From the NCBI RefSeq assembly GCF_033763495.1, contig NZ_JANRKL010000115.1, forward strand, positions 29 through 64,028: DNA of 64,000 nt. The letters run 5' to 3'. Positions 10,046-17,838 of this stretch are shown here, piece by piece. Below the pieces are notes generated by a model. That model did no database searches and had not been told where the DNA came from. It worked only from the letters and a program-made list of their open reading frames with translations. The DNA is from Haliscomenobacter sp. Its GTDB lineage: Bacteria; Bacteroidota; Bacteroidia; Chitinophagales; Saprospiraceae. Position numbers and translations under genes: made by a program. Positions within the stretch are counted from its first letter, which is position 1; each line of letters opens with the position of its first letter.

Positions 10046-11131
10046 ATGTATCAATTCGACAGTTTATTTGCGGCACTGAGTGGTTTGGGCATTGCCAATG
10101 GGATTTTGTTTGGCTTGTATCTGTTGCGCAGGGGGCAAGGTGAAGCTCGAACCACGAATCGCTACCTGGGTTACTTCATGCTTTTGCTGAGTTTGCGCTT
10201 TGCCATCACTACCCTATCCTATTTTTACCGCAGCCCGGAGTGGTATGTGGTTGATGTGGGTTTAGTGCTCAATTTGGCCTTGGGGCCTTGTTTTTTGGCT
10301 TATACGTACAGCATTTTTAGGACTCCAGTTCCAGTTTTGTTTTGGATAAAACAGCTGTTTCCCGCGATTGGCTTAGGAGTAGTGGCTTTGTTGGCCCGAA
10401 CTGTCCTACCACTCGGTACTTTTTTTGAACCTTTTAAAAATGGCTGGTTTATGGTCAATCAGGTGACTTTATTGCATTGGATATTGTATCTGGTGTATGC
10501 TTTCCGCTGGTCAAAATTAATCTTGGCCGAGAAAAAAGCCCAAGGGTTTAATGTTCAAAAAATACAAGAGGGTTTGTGGGGTTTGTTGCTGTTTATGGGC
10601 ATCTTGATTTTGGGCTACAGTTTCAACAATGCCAAGGTACTTTGTGTAATTTTTTGCCCCTTGTTTTACACGATTATTGTTTATTTGATTTTGGCTTATT
10701 TTATTAAAAACTATACTTCGCTTCAAAAAGCTTACGCCTGGGAAAAAGGGAAACCCTCCGCCATTAAAACCGAACAAATTGCTCAGCTCAAAGTGCAATT
10801 GCAAAGATTGATGGAGGAGGAGCAATGTTTTCGAGATTCAGAGCTAAGCTTGGATAAACTGGCCCAACAACTTGGCAGCAGTACCCACACCCTTTCACAC
10901 TACATCAATACTTATGAAGGTTGCAATTTCCCGGATTGGCTCAATCGTTTTCGGGTGGAGTACGCTTGTCAGTTGTTGCACGACCCACAACTTGCCCAGT
11001 TAAAGATCGCAGCGCTGGCGTATGAAAGTGGGTTCAATACCTTGTCCGTGTTTAATGGGGCATTTAAGAAGGTGGTGGGATGTACGCCGTCGGAGTTTAG
11101 GAGGATGGGGACCGATCAAGTTTTCTTTTAA
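10046..11131 (+). CDS. AraC family transcriptional regulator with N-terminal multi-TM sensor domain
   Basis: The first ~225 aa form about 6 hydrophobic helices. The C-terminus is an AraC-type HTH (LSLDKLAQQLGSSTHTLSHYIN...IAALAYESGFNTLSVFNGAFKKVVGCTPSEFRR). Confidence 0.85.
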   Translation: MYQFDSLFAALSGLGIANGILFGLYLLRRGQGEARTTNRYLGYFMLLLSLRFAITTLSYFYRSPEWYVVDVGLVLNLALGPCFLAYTYSIFRTPVPVLFWIKQLFPAIGLGVVALLARTVLPLGTFFEPFKNGWFMVNQVTLLHWILYLVYAFRWSKLILAEKKAQGFNVQKIQEGLWGLLLFMGILILGYSFNNAKVLCVIFCPLFYTIIVYLILAYFIKNYTSLQKAYAWEKGKPSAIKTEQIAQLKVQLQRLMEEEQCFRDSELSLDKLAQQLGSSTHTLSHYINTYEGCNFPDWLNRFRVEYACQLLHDPQLAQLKIAALAYESGFNTLSVFNGAFKKVVGCTPSEFRRMGTDQVFF

Positions 11132-11159
11132 GCACTACACTTGAAATAATGGGATTTTA

Positions 11160-11798
11160 ATGCTATTTTTACCTAATCAATCACCACGTATGACCAAAAT
11201 ACTCGAACTTCCACTCAAGCAATTGGATTGGGCCGCAGTTCAAGCACTAAAAGACGAGTATCCTAACGCCATTTTCAGGGTAGAATCAGATTTTCCATCT
11301 ACGGCTACCCCTATGGATGAAGAGCAGTTTTGGTCAATTATCGCATTGCTAGATTGGAATAAAGACCAGGAAGATGACATTTTGGAGCCAGCTATTCATT
11401 CTTTAAGCCAATTGTCGGATGAGTCCATATTTGGTTTTCACGAATTGCTCAATCAGAAATTATTTGCATTAGATGCACGTAAGTATGCGGAGCACTTGGG
11501 GAGCAATCGTTTTGCGCCTGCGGAAGGTAATTTTTTTTCAGTCGATGATTTTTTATACAGCCGCTGTGGGGTGATCGCCAATGGACGTCAATTTTTTGAA
11601 GAAGTATTGGCAAGGCCTTCTTTGATTCCTAAAGAGTTCACCTATGAATCTTTGCTTTACTTGCCCGAAAAAGCTTGGGAAGCAAAACATTCGAACGTTG
11701 ACTACGATTATTTTCCAGAAACATCTTACGAAACTTTCAGCAATATAGAAGGGTGGCCAGGCATGCGCCCCCTGCAAGATCGTTTGAATAAGCGTTAG
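11160..11798 (+). CDS. DUF4240-like protein
   Basis: The core from MDEEQFWSIIALLDW through FSVDDFLYSRCGVIANGRQFFEEVLARPSLIP resembles what I recall of the DUF4240 family. An alternative ATG lies at 11190 (MTKILE). The next gene starts 4 nt after the stop. Confidence 0.6.
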   Translation: MLFLPNQSPRMTKILELPLKQLDWAAVQALKDEYPNAIFRVESDFPSTATPMDEEQFWSIIALLDWNKDQEDDILEPAIHSLSQLSDESIFGFHELLNQKLFALDARKYAEHLGSNRFAPAEGNFFSVDDFLYSRCGVIANGRQFFEEVLARPSLIPKEFTYESLLYLPEKAWEAKHSNVDYDYFPETSYETFSNIEGWPGMRPLQDRLNKR

Positions 11799-11801
11799 GA
11801 G

Positions 11802-12128
11802 ATGTCCAGCCACGGGAACAGCAACGATAACAGTAAGGAGCACCATATTTACGAAATCTACGATCGCGAGTTCAAGGATGTTTATAAATATGGCGAATCA
11901 GGGAAACCTCTGACTAAAGATGGTAACTCTCCACGGGGAATCTTGCAAGCCCGTGAACTGAACAGAGCAGTTCGCTGGCCACGTTTTCTTTGTCGAGTTG
12001 TATTGACAGGCATCTCTGGAAAGGCCGAGGCAAAAAGAATTGAACAAGAATTTATTGATGCTTATGAAGCCCTGCATGGCCATGTCCCTCCTGGAAATGA
12101 CACAAGTGAGACGTGGACTGAGGAATAA
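11802..12128 (+). CDS. small GIY-YIG (URI)-like nuclease-fold protein, hypothetical
   Basis: 108 aa. The motif order fits a minimal GIY-YIG domain: HIYEIY, then 10 aa, then VYKYGES, then Arg (SPRGILQAR), then AKRIEQEFI (Glu), then PPGN (Asn). Pattern-based call only. Confidence 0.5.
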   Translation: MSSHGNSNDNSKEHHIYEIYDREFKDVYKYGESGKPLTKDGNSPRGILQARELNRAVRWPRFLCRVVLTGISGKAEAKRIEQEFIDAYEALHGHVPPGNDTSETWTEE

Positions 12129-12148
12129 CAATCTCTCAGGGCACCGGC

Positions 12149-12823
12149 TCACTCCTCCGCCAACAAATTAAACTCATACGCCACCCTCACCAGCCCAGCC
12201 GTATTTTTCACGTTCAATTTGCGCAACAAACTTTTGCGGTGTGAAATGACCGTTGTATCACTAATAAACAACTTAGTGGCAATCTCTTCCGTGCTACACT
12301 CATCAATGATCAAGCGCAGAATCTCCTTTTCACGGCGGGTGATTTTGGGGATGTACTGTGAGCGAGAAGGTTTTTTGGCCTGCATCCCATCCAGGAGGCT
12401 GTTGGTCACTGCTTTGCTGAAGTATTTTTCTCCTTGTTGAATGCTTTGAATGGCGGTGACCAACTCGTCCTTGCCCGCATTTTTCAAGACATAACCATCC
12501 GCACCTGCCTTAACCATCTTGGTAATGAAACCCGCTTCACTGTGCATGGTCAGGCTGAGCACTTTTTTATCCGGGAAGCGTTTTTTGATTTCCTGACACA
12601 CTTCAAAACCATTCATATCCGGCATATTGATGTCCAGCAGGATGAGGTCAATTTCCGCGTGGTGTTTTTCCAGCGCATCCAGAGCATCTTTGCCATTTAG
12701 GGCCTGATGAACGATGCTAATACCTTCGGCTTTCTCCAGCAAGGCCATGATGCCATCAATCAGTACCTGGTGATCGTCTACGACAAGGAGTTTAATGGTG
12801 TTTGGATTTTCCATACTAATCAT
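12149..12823 (-). CDS. LuxR/NarL-family response regulator (REC + HTH)
   Basis: Receiver motifs LLVVDDH and LILLDINMPDMNG. C-terminal LuxR HTH (TRREKEILRLIIDECSTEEIATKLFISDTTVISHRKSLLRKL). Confidence 0.9.
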   Translation of the reverse strand: MISMENPNTIKLLVVDDHQVLIDGIMALLEKAEGISIVHQALNGKDALDALEKHHAEIDLILLDINMPDMNGFEVCQEIKKRFPDKKVLSLTMHSEAGFITKMVKAGADGYVLKNAGKDELVTAIQSIQQGEKYFSKAVTNSLLDGMQAKKPSRSQYIPKITRREKEILRLIIDECSTEEIATKLFISDTTVISHRKSLLRKLNVKNTAGLVRVAYEFNLLAEE

Positions 12824-12835
12824 TTTTGGGTTTCA

Positions 12836-12950
12836 AGGGCGAAAAAAAATAAGTATTCATTTTGCCAAAGGATTAGATAAGTAAACGATTCATTTTAAGT
12901 GCCTTATCTAATCCTTTGGCTCAAGAAAAATGAATACTTATTTTTGCCCC
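12836..12950 (-). promoter_or_regulatory. long intercistronic hairpin with U-tract between kinase and regulator genes (terminator/attenuator-like)
   Basis: The left arm 12846-12881 pairs with 12903-12920 plus 12927-12944, with a 5-nt bulge, about 36 bp in total. The structure overlaps the kinase stop codon (12938-12940). On the minus strand it is followed by tttttttt about 20 nt before the regulator ATG. Confidence 0.55.
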
Positions 12951-15220
12951 ACTACTAATGGGATGTCGATGGTAAAAGTGCTGCCGGCCTGCGGGGAGGA
13001 TTCTACCTCCATTTTGCCGCCCAATAACGCCAAACGGGACTGGATGCTTTGTAACCCAATCCCTGGTTTTTTTAGTTTTTCAGCAGGATCAAAACCCTGG
13101 CCATCGTCCTCCACTACAATGTTCAACACTTCATCTTCAACGCTAAGTTGTACAATCAACTCGCTGGCTTCGGCATGTCTTAAAGTATTTTTAACCAATT
13201 CCTGCACAATCCGGTACACCGATACTGCTGTTTGGTCATCAAAAGTATAATCCAGGCCATATGGAATAAAGCTGACTTCCAATCTACCAGAGCGATTGAT
13301 GCCCTCGCATAAGTCCTGTAAAGCGTACTCCAGGCCGTACTGCTGCAAAATGGCTGGCAACAGGTTGTACGAAATTTTGCGCACCTCCGTACAAGCCTCA
13401 TCCAACAGGTTATCCGCTTTTTGATAGGATTTGACGGTGTCGATGTCTGGTCTTTCATTTTGCACTGCATTGAATTGCAACTTCACTGTGGCCAACAAGG
13501 TCCCCAATCCATCGTGCAACTCTTGAGCAATCCGCTTGCGTTCCTGTTCCTCCCCATTGATCATGGAACGCAGTTGATCGGCCTCTCTTTGTTTTTCCAG
13601 AGCCGCCATACGCTCGGCTTGCACCCGTTTTTCTACACTTGAGCGGTAGTTTTGAAACAACAAAAAAGCAATCAAAGCGCCAGCCAATAGTGTTCCTCCC
13701 AACAAATAATTGAGTAGGTTTTTTTGGCGCAATTCCGCCCGATTGCGTGCTATTTCAGCCTGTTGCAAACTATCCCGCAGGGCGGCATTGTCAAATCGGG
13801 CATTCATTTCGCTGATGGTGCGGGTTTGTTCCAGGTTAAAAATGGAATCTTTCAAATGTTGATGGCGCTTGGAGAAAGTATAGGCAGCTTTAAAATTGCC
13901 TTGTAGGGCGTGGGCCCGAGCCAGGTTGTCCCACACGGCCAATAGTTGTTCGCGGCTGCCCGCAGTTTGGGCAAGTACTACACAGGGTTGTAAACTGCGC
14001 AAGGCCCCCGTAGCATCCCTCAGGTCAATTTGAATCCTGGCCATATCCAAACGGGTCTCCACTTCGCCCAGGATTTCCCCATTGTTGATTTTGGATTGCA
14101 GCTCCTTGTTGAAATAGGTCAAGGCTTTTCGAGAGGAGTCAGTTTGTTGAAACAAAACCAGGGTGCGGCCCATTTCCAGGTCATTGCCAATGCTGAAGAA
14201 TCCTTGCCTCGCTTTTTGGTACCATTGTTGGGCCTCAGCTCGCTTGCCAACTTTAGCTTGATTTTCTCCCAAACAGCGCTGAATTTCTGCCGCCTTGAAG
14301 CTATTGTTTTTAACCAGAGCCAGGTTCAAAGCCCGGTTTAGATAGGCATTGGAACTTTGGAGCTGATTCTGCTGACGGTAGGCCAGGCCCAAGCTGTGCA
14401 AGAGTTCCATTTGTTGTAAAGAATCCCGGATCGAAACGGCTAGGGTTAACGCTTTTAGCCTTTGCTCCTGCGCTTCAGGGTAATCGCCCTTTTGTTGCAG
14501 CAGTTCGGCCAACTCCTGGTAATCAGCAATCAAATTGTGTTTATCCTGGGTCTTCTTACGCAATTGAATCAGTTCTTCCAGGTAAGTTTGGGCTTGAAGG
14601 AGCGCCCCATCCTGGTTCTTGTAATTGGTAGCCAATTGGGTGAGGAAGTCTATTTCCAGCGTTTTATCGGGCAACTGTTGGGCGAGGGTCTTGCCTTTTT
14701 TTAAATAAAAATTAGCTTTATCCAGTTGGTTTTGGGCACTGTATAGTTTGGCCAAATAATTGCAAGCTGCCGCCAGAGTAGTCTGATGTCGGCTTGGGTC
14801 AGCTTTTTTTTCCAATTTGAGCAAAATCCCCTTGGCCTCCGGCCAGTTGCCTTCTATCATATTTAGGTGGCCTTGCGACAACCAAATTTCCAATAAGCGT
14901 GGAAGGTCAGATTGCTCTTCAGCCCAATTGGCACAAGCTTCCAATTGGTCTCGGCACCGATCATAATCATCTTGGTAAAAATAAGAGGTCGCTAAGCCCA
15001 TTCCAGCAGTAAGCTGCAACTGGTGCTGTTTTTTCTGTTGGGCTTGTTGAAGGGCACGGGCAAAAAACAATTGGGCTGAATCGGGTTGATCCTGTTCCAG
15101 ATAATATTGTGCTTTTTTAAGGAGTTCAGGTGTGGAGAGGGCCAATACAGGGCAGAGATTGGGCAGAACTGCCAGAAGCAGTGCATAAAGCAGCATGTTT
15201 GTCCGGGCTTCTGGTCGCAT
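12938..15220 (-). CDS. TPR-repeat sensor histidine kinase (HisKA_3 + HATPase_c)
   Basis: Start trimmed to the ATG at 15220. It has a signal/anchor sequence, a long TPR-like periplasmic region and one TM helix (LLGGTLLAGALIAFLLF). H-box EERKRIAQELHDGLGTLL. ATPase motifs VEDDGQGF and GIGLQSIQSRL. Confidence 0.85.
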   Translation of the reverse strand: MRPEARTNMLLYALLLAVLPNLCPVLALSTPELLKKAQYYLEQDQPDSAQLFFARALQQAQQKKQHQLQLTAGMGLATSYFYQDDYDRCRDQLEACANWAEEQSDLPRLLEIWLSQGHLNMIEGNWPEAKGILLKLEKKADPSRHQTTLAAACNYLAKLYSAQNQLDKANFYLKKGKTLAQQLPDKTLEIDFLTQLATNYKNQDGALLQAQTYLEELIQLRKKTQDKHNLIADYQELAELLQQKGDYPEAQEQRLKALTLAVSIRDSLQQMELLHSLGLAYRQQNQLQSSNAYLNRALNLALVKNNSFKAAEIQRCLGENQAKVGKRAEAQQWYQKARQGFFSIGNDLEMGRTLVLFQQTDSSRKALTYFNKELQSKINNGEILGEVETRLDMARIQIDLRDATGALRSLQPCVVLAQTAGSREQLLAVWDNLARAHALQGNFKAAYTFSKRHQHLKDSIFNLEQTRTISEMNARFDNAALRDSLQQAEIARNRAELRQKNLLNYLLGGTLLAGALIAFLLFQNYRSSVEKRVQAERMAALEKQREADQLRSMINGEEQERKRIAQELHDGLGTLLATVKLQFNAVQNERPDIDTVKSYQKADNLLDEACTEVRKISYNLLPAILQQYGLEYALQDLCEGINRSGRLEVSFIPYGLDYTFDDQTAVSVYRIVQELVKNTLRHAEASELIVQLSVEDEVLNIVVEDDGQGFDPAEKLKKPGIGLQSIQSRLALLGGKMEVESSPQAGSTFTIDIPLVVGQK

Positions 15221-15235
15221 CAATGCATTATTTGA

Positions 15236-16414
15236 TCAAAAATACAAGGTTAAGGTAGTTCGCCAGGCATTGTAGCCAGTTTGATTGCTATTTTGAACGG
15301 ATTGAAAGCAATAAGCACTACGCAGGAGGATGAAGTTTTTAATTTTTGCTCCCAATACCAGCGAATTCCGCAATACCGCCTGGTCCCAATCGTCCGAAAA
15401 TTGCAGGGTTTCGATCCTCCAGGCGGCGTAGGTTCCTACTAGAAAAGGGAACTCGTATTTGGTATCCATCCAGGCTGAAAAACCTTTAAAGTGGTGGTTG
15501 CGTGGAGTGTACTGCTTGCTACCTGGGCTGTATTCCGGCACGCGATAAAAACCTGCGGTTAACTCCCCAGACCATTCAAAATGCCCGGCTCCGAGTACAA
15601 AATCGGTACCGAACAGGGCTTGCTGATAGCCAGTTCGATCAACAAGTTGCTCATTCAAGGGGTGGTTTTGCAAAAATTTACCAAAGCTACCTGAAAAACC
15701 TTGTTTCCAAAAATACGTCGGTTGCAGTTTAAGGCGAGCCATCACCCCGTAATTGAGGGGATCAAAATTGAAATTCCGAGGCAGATTGGGCGAAGCAGTG
15801 GTCAATGCGAATTCCAGGGAGCTTTTCCCAGGTTTGATGGTCCAGCGCGCTTTAAGGCCATTGGAATAGCCATTGTAGTACTGGAGTGGAATGCCCCATT
15901 CGTTGCGGCCATTGATAGGAATCTGGGTGCCATTGCCCAGGCGATCTACCTGCCCCAATTGTTCGGAAATATTGATAAAATACCCGTAGGCAAGAGGAAC
16001 ATCCACGAAAGTACGGGCTGTAGACAATTGTTGATTGGCAAACAAACCAAAGGGGGAAACAAAACGCCCCACCGTGAACAACCAAGGGCTTTCTTTAGGT
16101 GCCCATTGTACGTTAGCTTGGGCGAGGCGGACTTGATTGAACTTAAGTCCTTCGTCCCGTTCCATTTGCAGGCGAAAATTGGCGCTCCATTGGGGATTGA
16201 AACGGATTTTGGACAGGAGGTTTAACTCCAAAGGCCGTACCGCTCCACTTTTGAGGTCCTTGTGTATTCCATTGAGGTAATAATGAGAACTCATCCCACC
16301 TACAATATGCTCCAGGTCAGCAGTCCCGTTGATTTCTATTTGGGTTTTCTCTTGTGCAGACACTTGGGCTAAACCAATTGTAGCCAAAAGCCCCAATCCG
16401 ATGAAGCGTTTCAT
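15236..16414 (-). CDS. hypothetical porin-like outer-membrane beta-barrel protein
   Basis: Signal peptide MKRFIGLGLLATIGLAQVSAQ. Beta-strand-rich and ends ...RTTLTLYF (C-terminal Phe, OMP-like). Starts 9 nt after the upstream gene ends. Confidence 0.6.
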   Translation of the reverse strand: MKRFIGLGLLATIGLAQVSAQEKTQIEINGTADLEHIVGGMSSHYYLNGIHKDLKSGAVRPLELNLLSKIRFNPQWSANFRLQMERDEGLKFNQVRLAQANVQWAPKESPWLFTVGRFVSPFGLFANQQLSTARTFVDVPLAYGYFINISEQLGQVDRLGNGTQIPINGRNEWGIPLQYYNGYSNGLKARWTIKPGKSSLEFALTTASPNLPRNFNFDPLNYGVMARLKLQPTYFWKQGFSGSFGKFLQNHPLNEQLVDRTGYQQALFGTDFVLGAGHFEWSGELTAGFYRVPEYSPGSKQYTPRNHHFKGFSAWMDTKYEFPFLVGTYAAWRIETLQFSDDWDQAVLRNSLVLGAKIKNFILLRSAYCFQSVQNSNQTGYNAWRTTLTLYF

Positions 16415-16423
16415 ACTTGCTGT

Positions 16424-17110
16424 TTAGGGTTTGACCAGTGCAAGGTTTTTTGTGAGCACACCACCACCTTTAATGCTAATGTTGTCCTCAACAATTCCCA
16501 AACTAAAATGGTAAACCTGCACCCGATAATTGCCATCGGGCAAGCCATCTACTTCGTAATTGCCACTGGCATTGGCTTTGGTAAAATAGGGTGTATCAAG
16601 GCTCAAAATAGAGGCATTCATGCCACAATGGATGTCGCACTTTAAGTCCACTACGCCCACCTTTTCGATCAATTGAGCTACCGATTTTCCGGGTTGCCGC
16701 CGGCCGATGTTGAAGGTAGCACGAGGAGTCATGCTGAAAATGTTGTGCACTTCGGTATCACTATTCAAAAACTCAACTGTACTGCCTTTGGTGATGGGCA
16801 ACACCTTGGGGACAAAGGTTTTTTCCATTTGATTCATGATGGCTCGGGGAGTTGGGCTCAATTCAGGGGTAAAATCAGTTGGGTGAAAACTCACTACAAC
16901 ATGCCGATTAGGGTGATTCTCCAACTCGATTTGTTTTTTCCGTGCGCTGGCGGGTTCTTCTTCACAGTATTTTTGGCTGCTGCCCCGTTTGAGTAGGGGT
17001 ACATTTTCAGGGATGGCGATTTTGCCGACTACTTTACCTTTGTTGAATGGGACATCTGCTTTCGTACACAGCATTAGTATTGAATAAAAAAAGATTGAAA
17101 GTATGCGCAT
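16424..17110 (-). CDS. cupredoxin-like (so-called methylamine-utilization-protein-like) domain plus carboxypeptidase-regulatory-like domain protein
   Basis: Signal peptide. FVPKVLPITKGSTVEFLNSDTEVHNIFSMTPRATFNIG resembles the cupredoxin-fold family annotated as methylamine utilization protein. The C-terminus NASGNYEVDGLPDGNYRVQVYH resembles a CarboxypepD_reg fold. Confidence 0.55.
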   Translation of the reverse strand: MRILSIFFYSILMLCTKADVPFNKGKVVGKIAIPENVPLLKRGSSQKYCEEEPASARKKQIELENHPNRHVVVSFHPTDFTPELSPTPRAIMNQMEKTFVPKVLPITKGSTVEFLNSDTEVHNIFSMTPRATFNIGRRQPGKSVAQLIEKVGVVDLKCDIHCGMNASILSLDTPYFTKANASGNYEVDGLPDGNYRVQVYHFSLGIVEDNISIKGGGVLTKNLALVKP

Positions 17111-17137
17111 TTTTTGGGTTTTTAGGATTAATGGAAA

Positions 17138-17494
17138 TTACTCAATGATCCAAAGTCGATCGTTAGAAATCTCTATAAAAAACTTACTTGATTCATATTT
17201 TTCTGCAATGAGTGGAAATTGTTGCTCCAAAATTTCTAATAGCTTAGGTGTAGGTATATTTCCAAGACTAATTTTAATCAATTTTTTAGGGCTGGATAAT
17301 ACAAAGTGACTGTCCTTAAAATCACTATCTTTTGAAATTAGAATAAAATCGTATTCATCAGCATAAGCTCTAATTGCCGAATCTTTAGTAAAAGAACCAT
17401 CCAAAATATCATTTACGTGAATAGCTTCAACTCCCTTCGCTTCGAAGAATCGGACAATTTTCTTAGCAATATGCACATCTGCTAGGATTTTCAT
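17138..17494 (-). CDS. DUF5615-family PIN-like putative toxin
   Basis: Start trimmed to the ATG at 17494 (MKILADVHIAKKIVRFFEAKGVEAIHV...ILISKDSDF). Sits 9 nt downstream of the DUF433 gene, the usual partner arrangement. Confidence 0.75.
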   Translation of the reverse strand: MKILADVHIAKKIVRFFEAKGVEAIHVNDILDGSFTKDSAIRAYADEYDFILISKDSDFKDSHFVLSSPKKLIKISLGNIPTPKLLEILEQQFPLIAEKYESSKFFIEISNDRLWIIE

Positions 17495-17503
17495 ATCGTA
17501 CAA

Positions 17504-17731
17504 TTAGGCAGCTATATCAAGGGTTTGTCCAGACATCAACAGTTTAGCGTAATTCAAACTAGCAATGATGTCCTCTTTCTCTAGCTCAGGGTGATCATCT
17601 AAAATTTCATCAATTAACATTCCTGAACCTAACATATCAAGGATGACTTCAACAGGCCATCTCATTCCACGGATACAGGGCTTTCCATGACAAATTGAGG
17701 CATCAATAGTAATCCGTTCTAAGTACTGCAT
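17504..17731 (-). CDS. DUF433 domain protein (putative antitoxin)
   Basis: 75 aa. ITIDASICHGKPCIRGMRWPVEVILDMLGSGMLIDEILDDHPELEKEDIIASLNYA is the characteristic DUF433 pattern. Confidence 0.8.
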   Translation of the reverse strand: MQYLERITIDASICHGKPCIRGMRWPVEVILDMLGSGMLIDEILDDHPELEKEDIIASLNYAKLLMSGQTLDIAA

Positions 17732-17838
17732 GGTTTGCTTTTTTCAATGATTCAACAAATATACTCAACTTTCGTACAAGCACAAAGAGCTAATAATTCA
17801 CATAAAGAATTCGTTATCTTACGGCAAAACCTAAGTCT

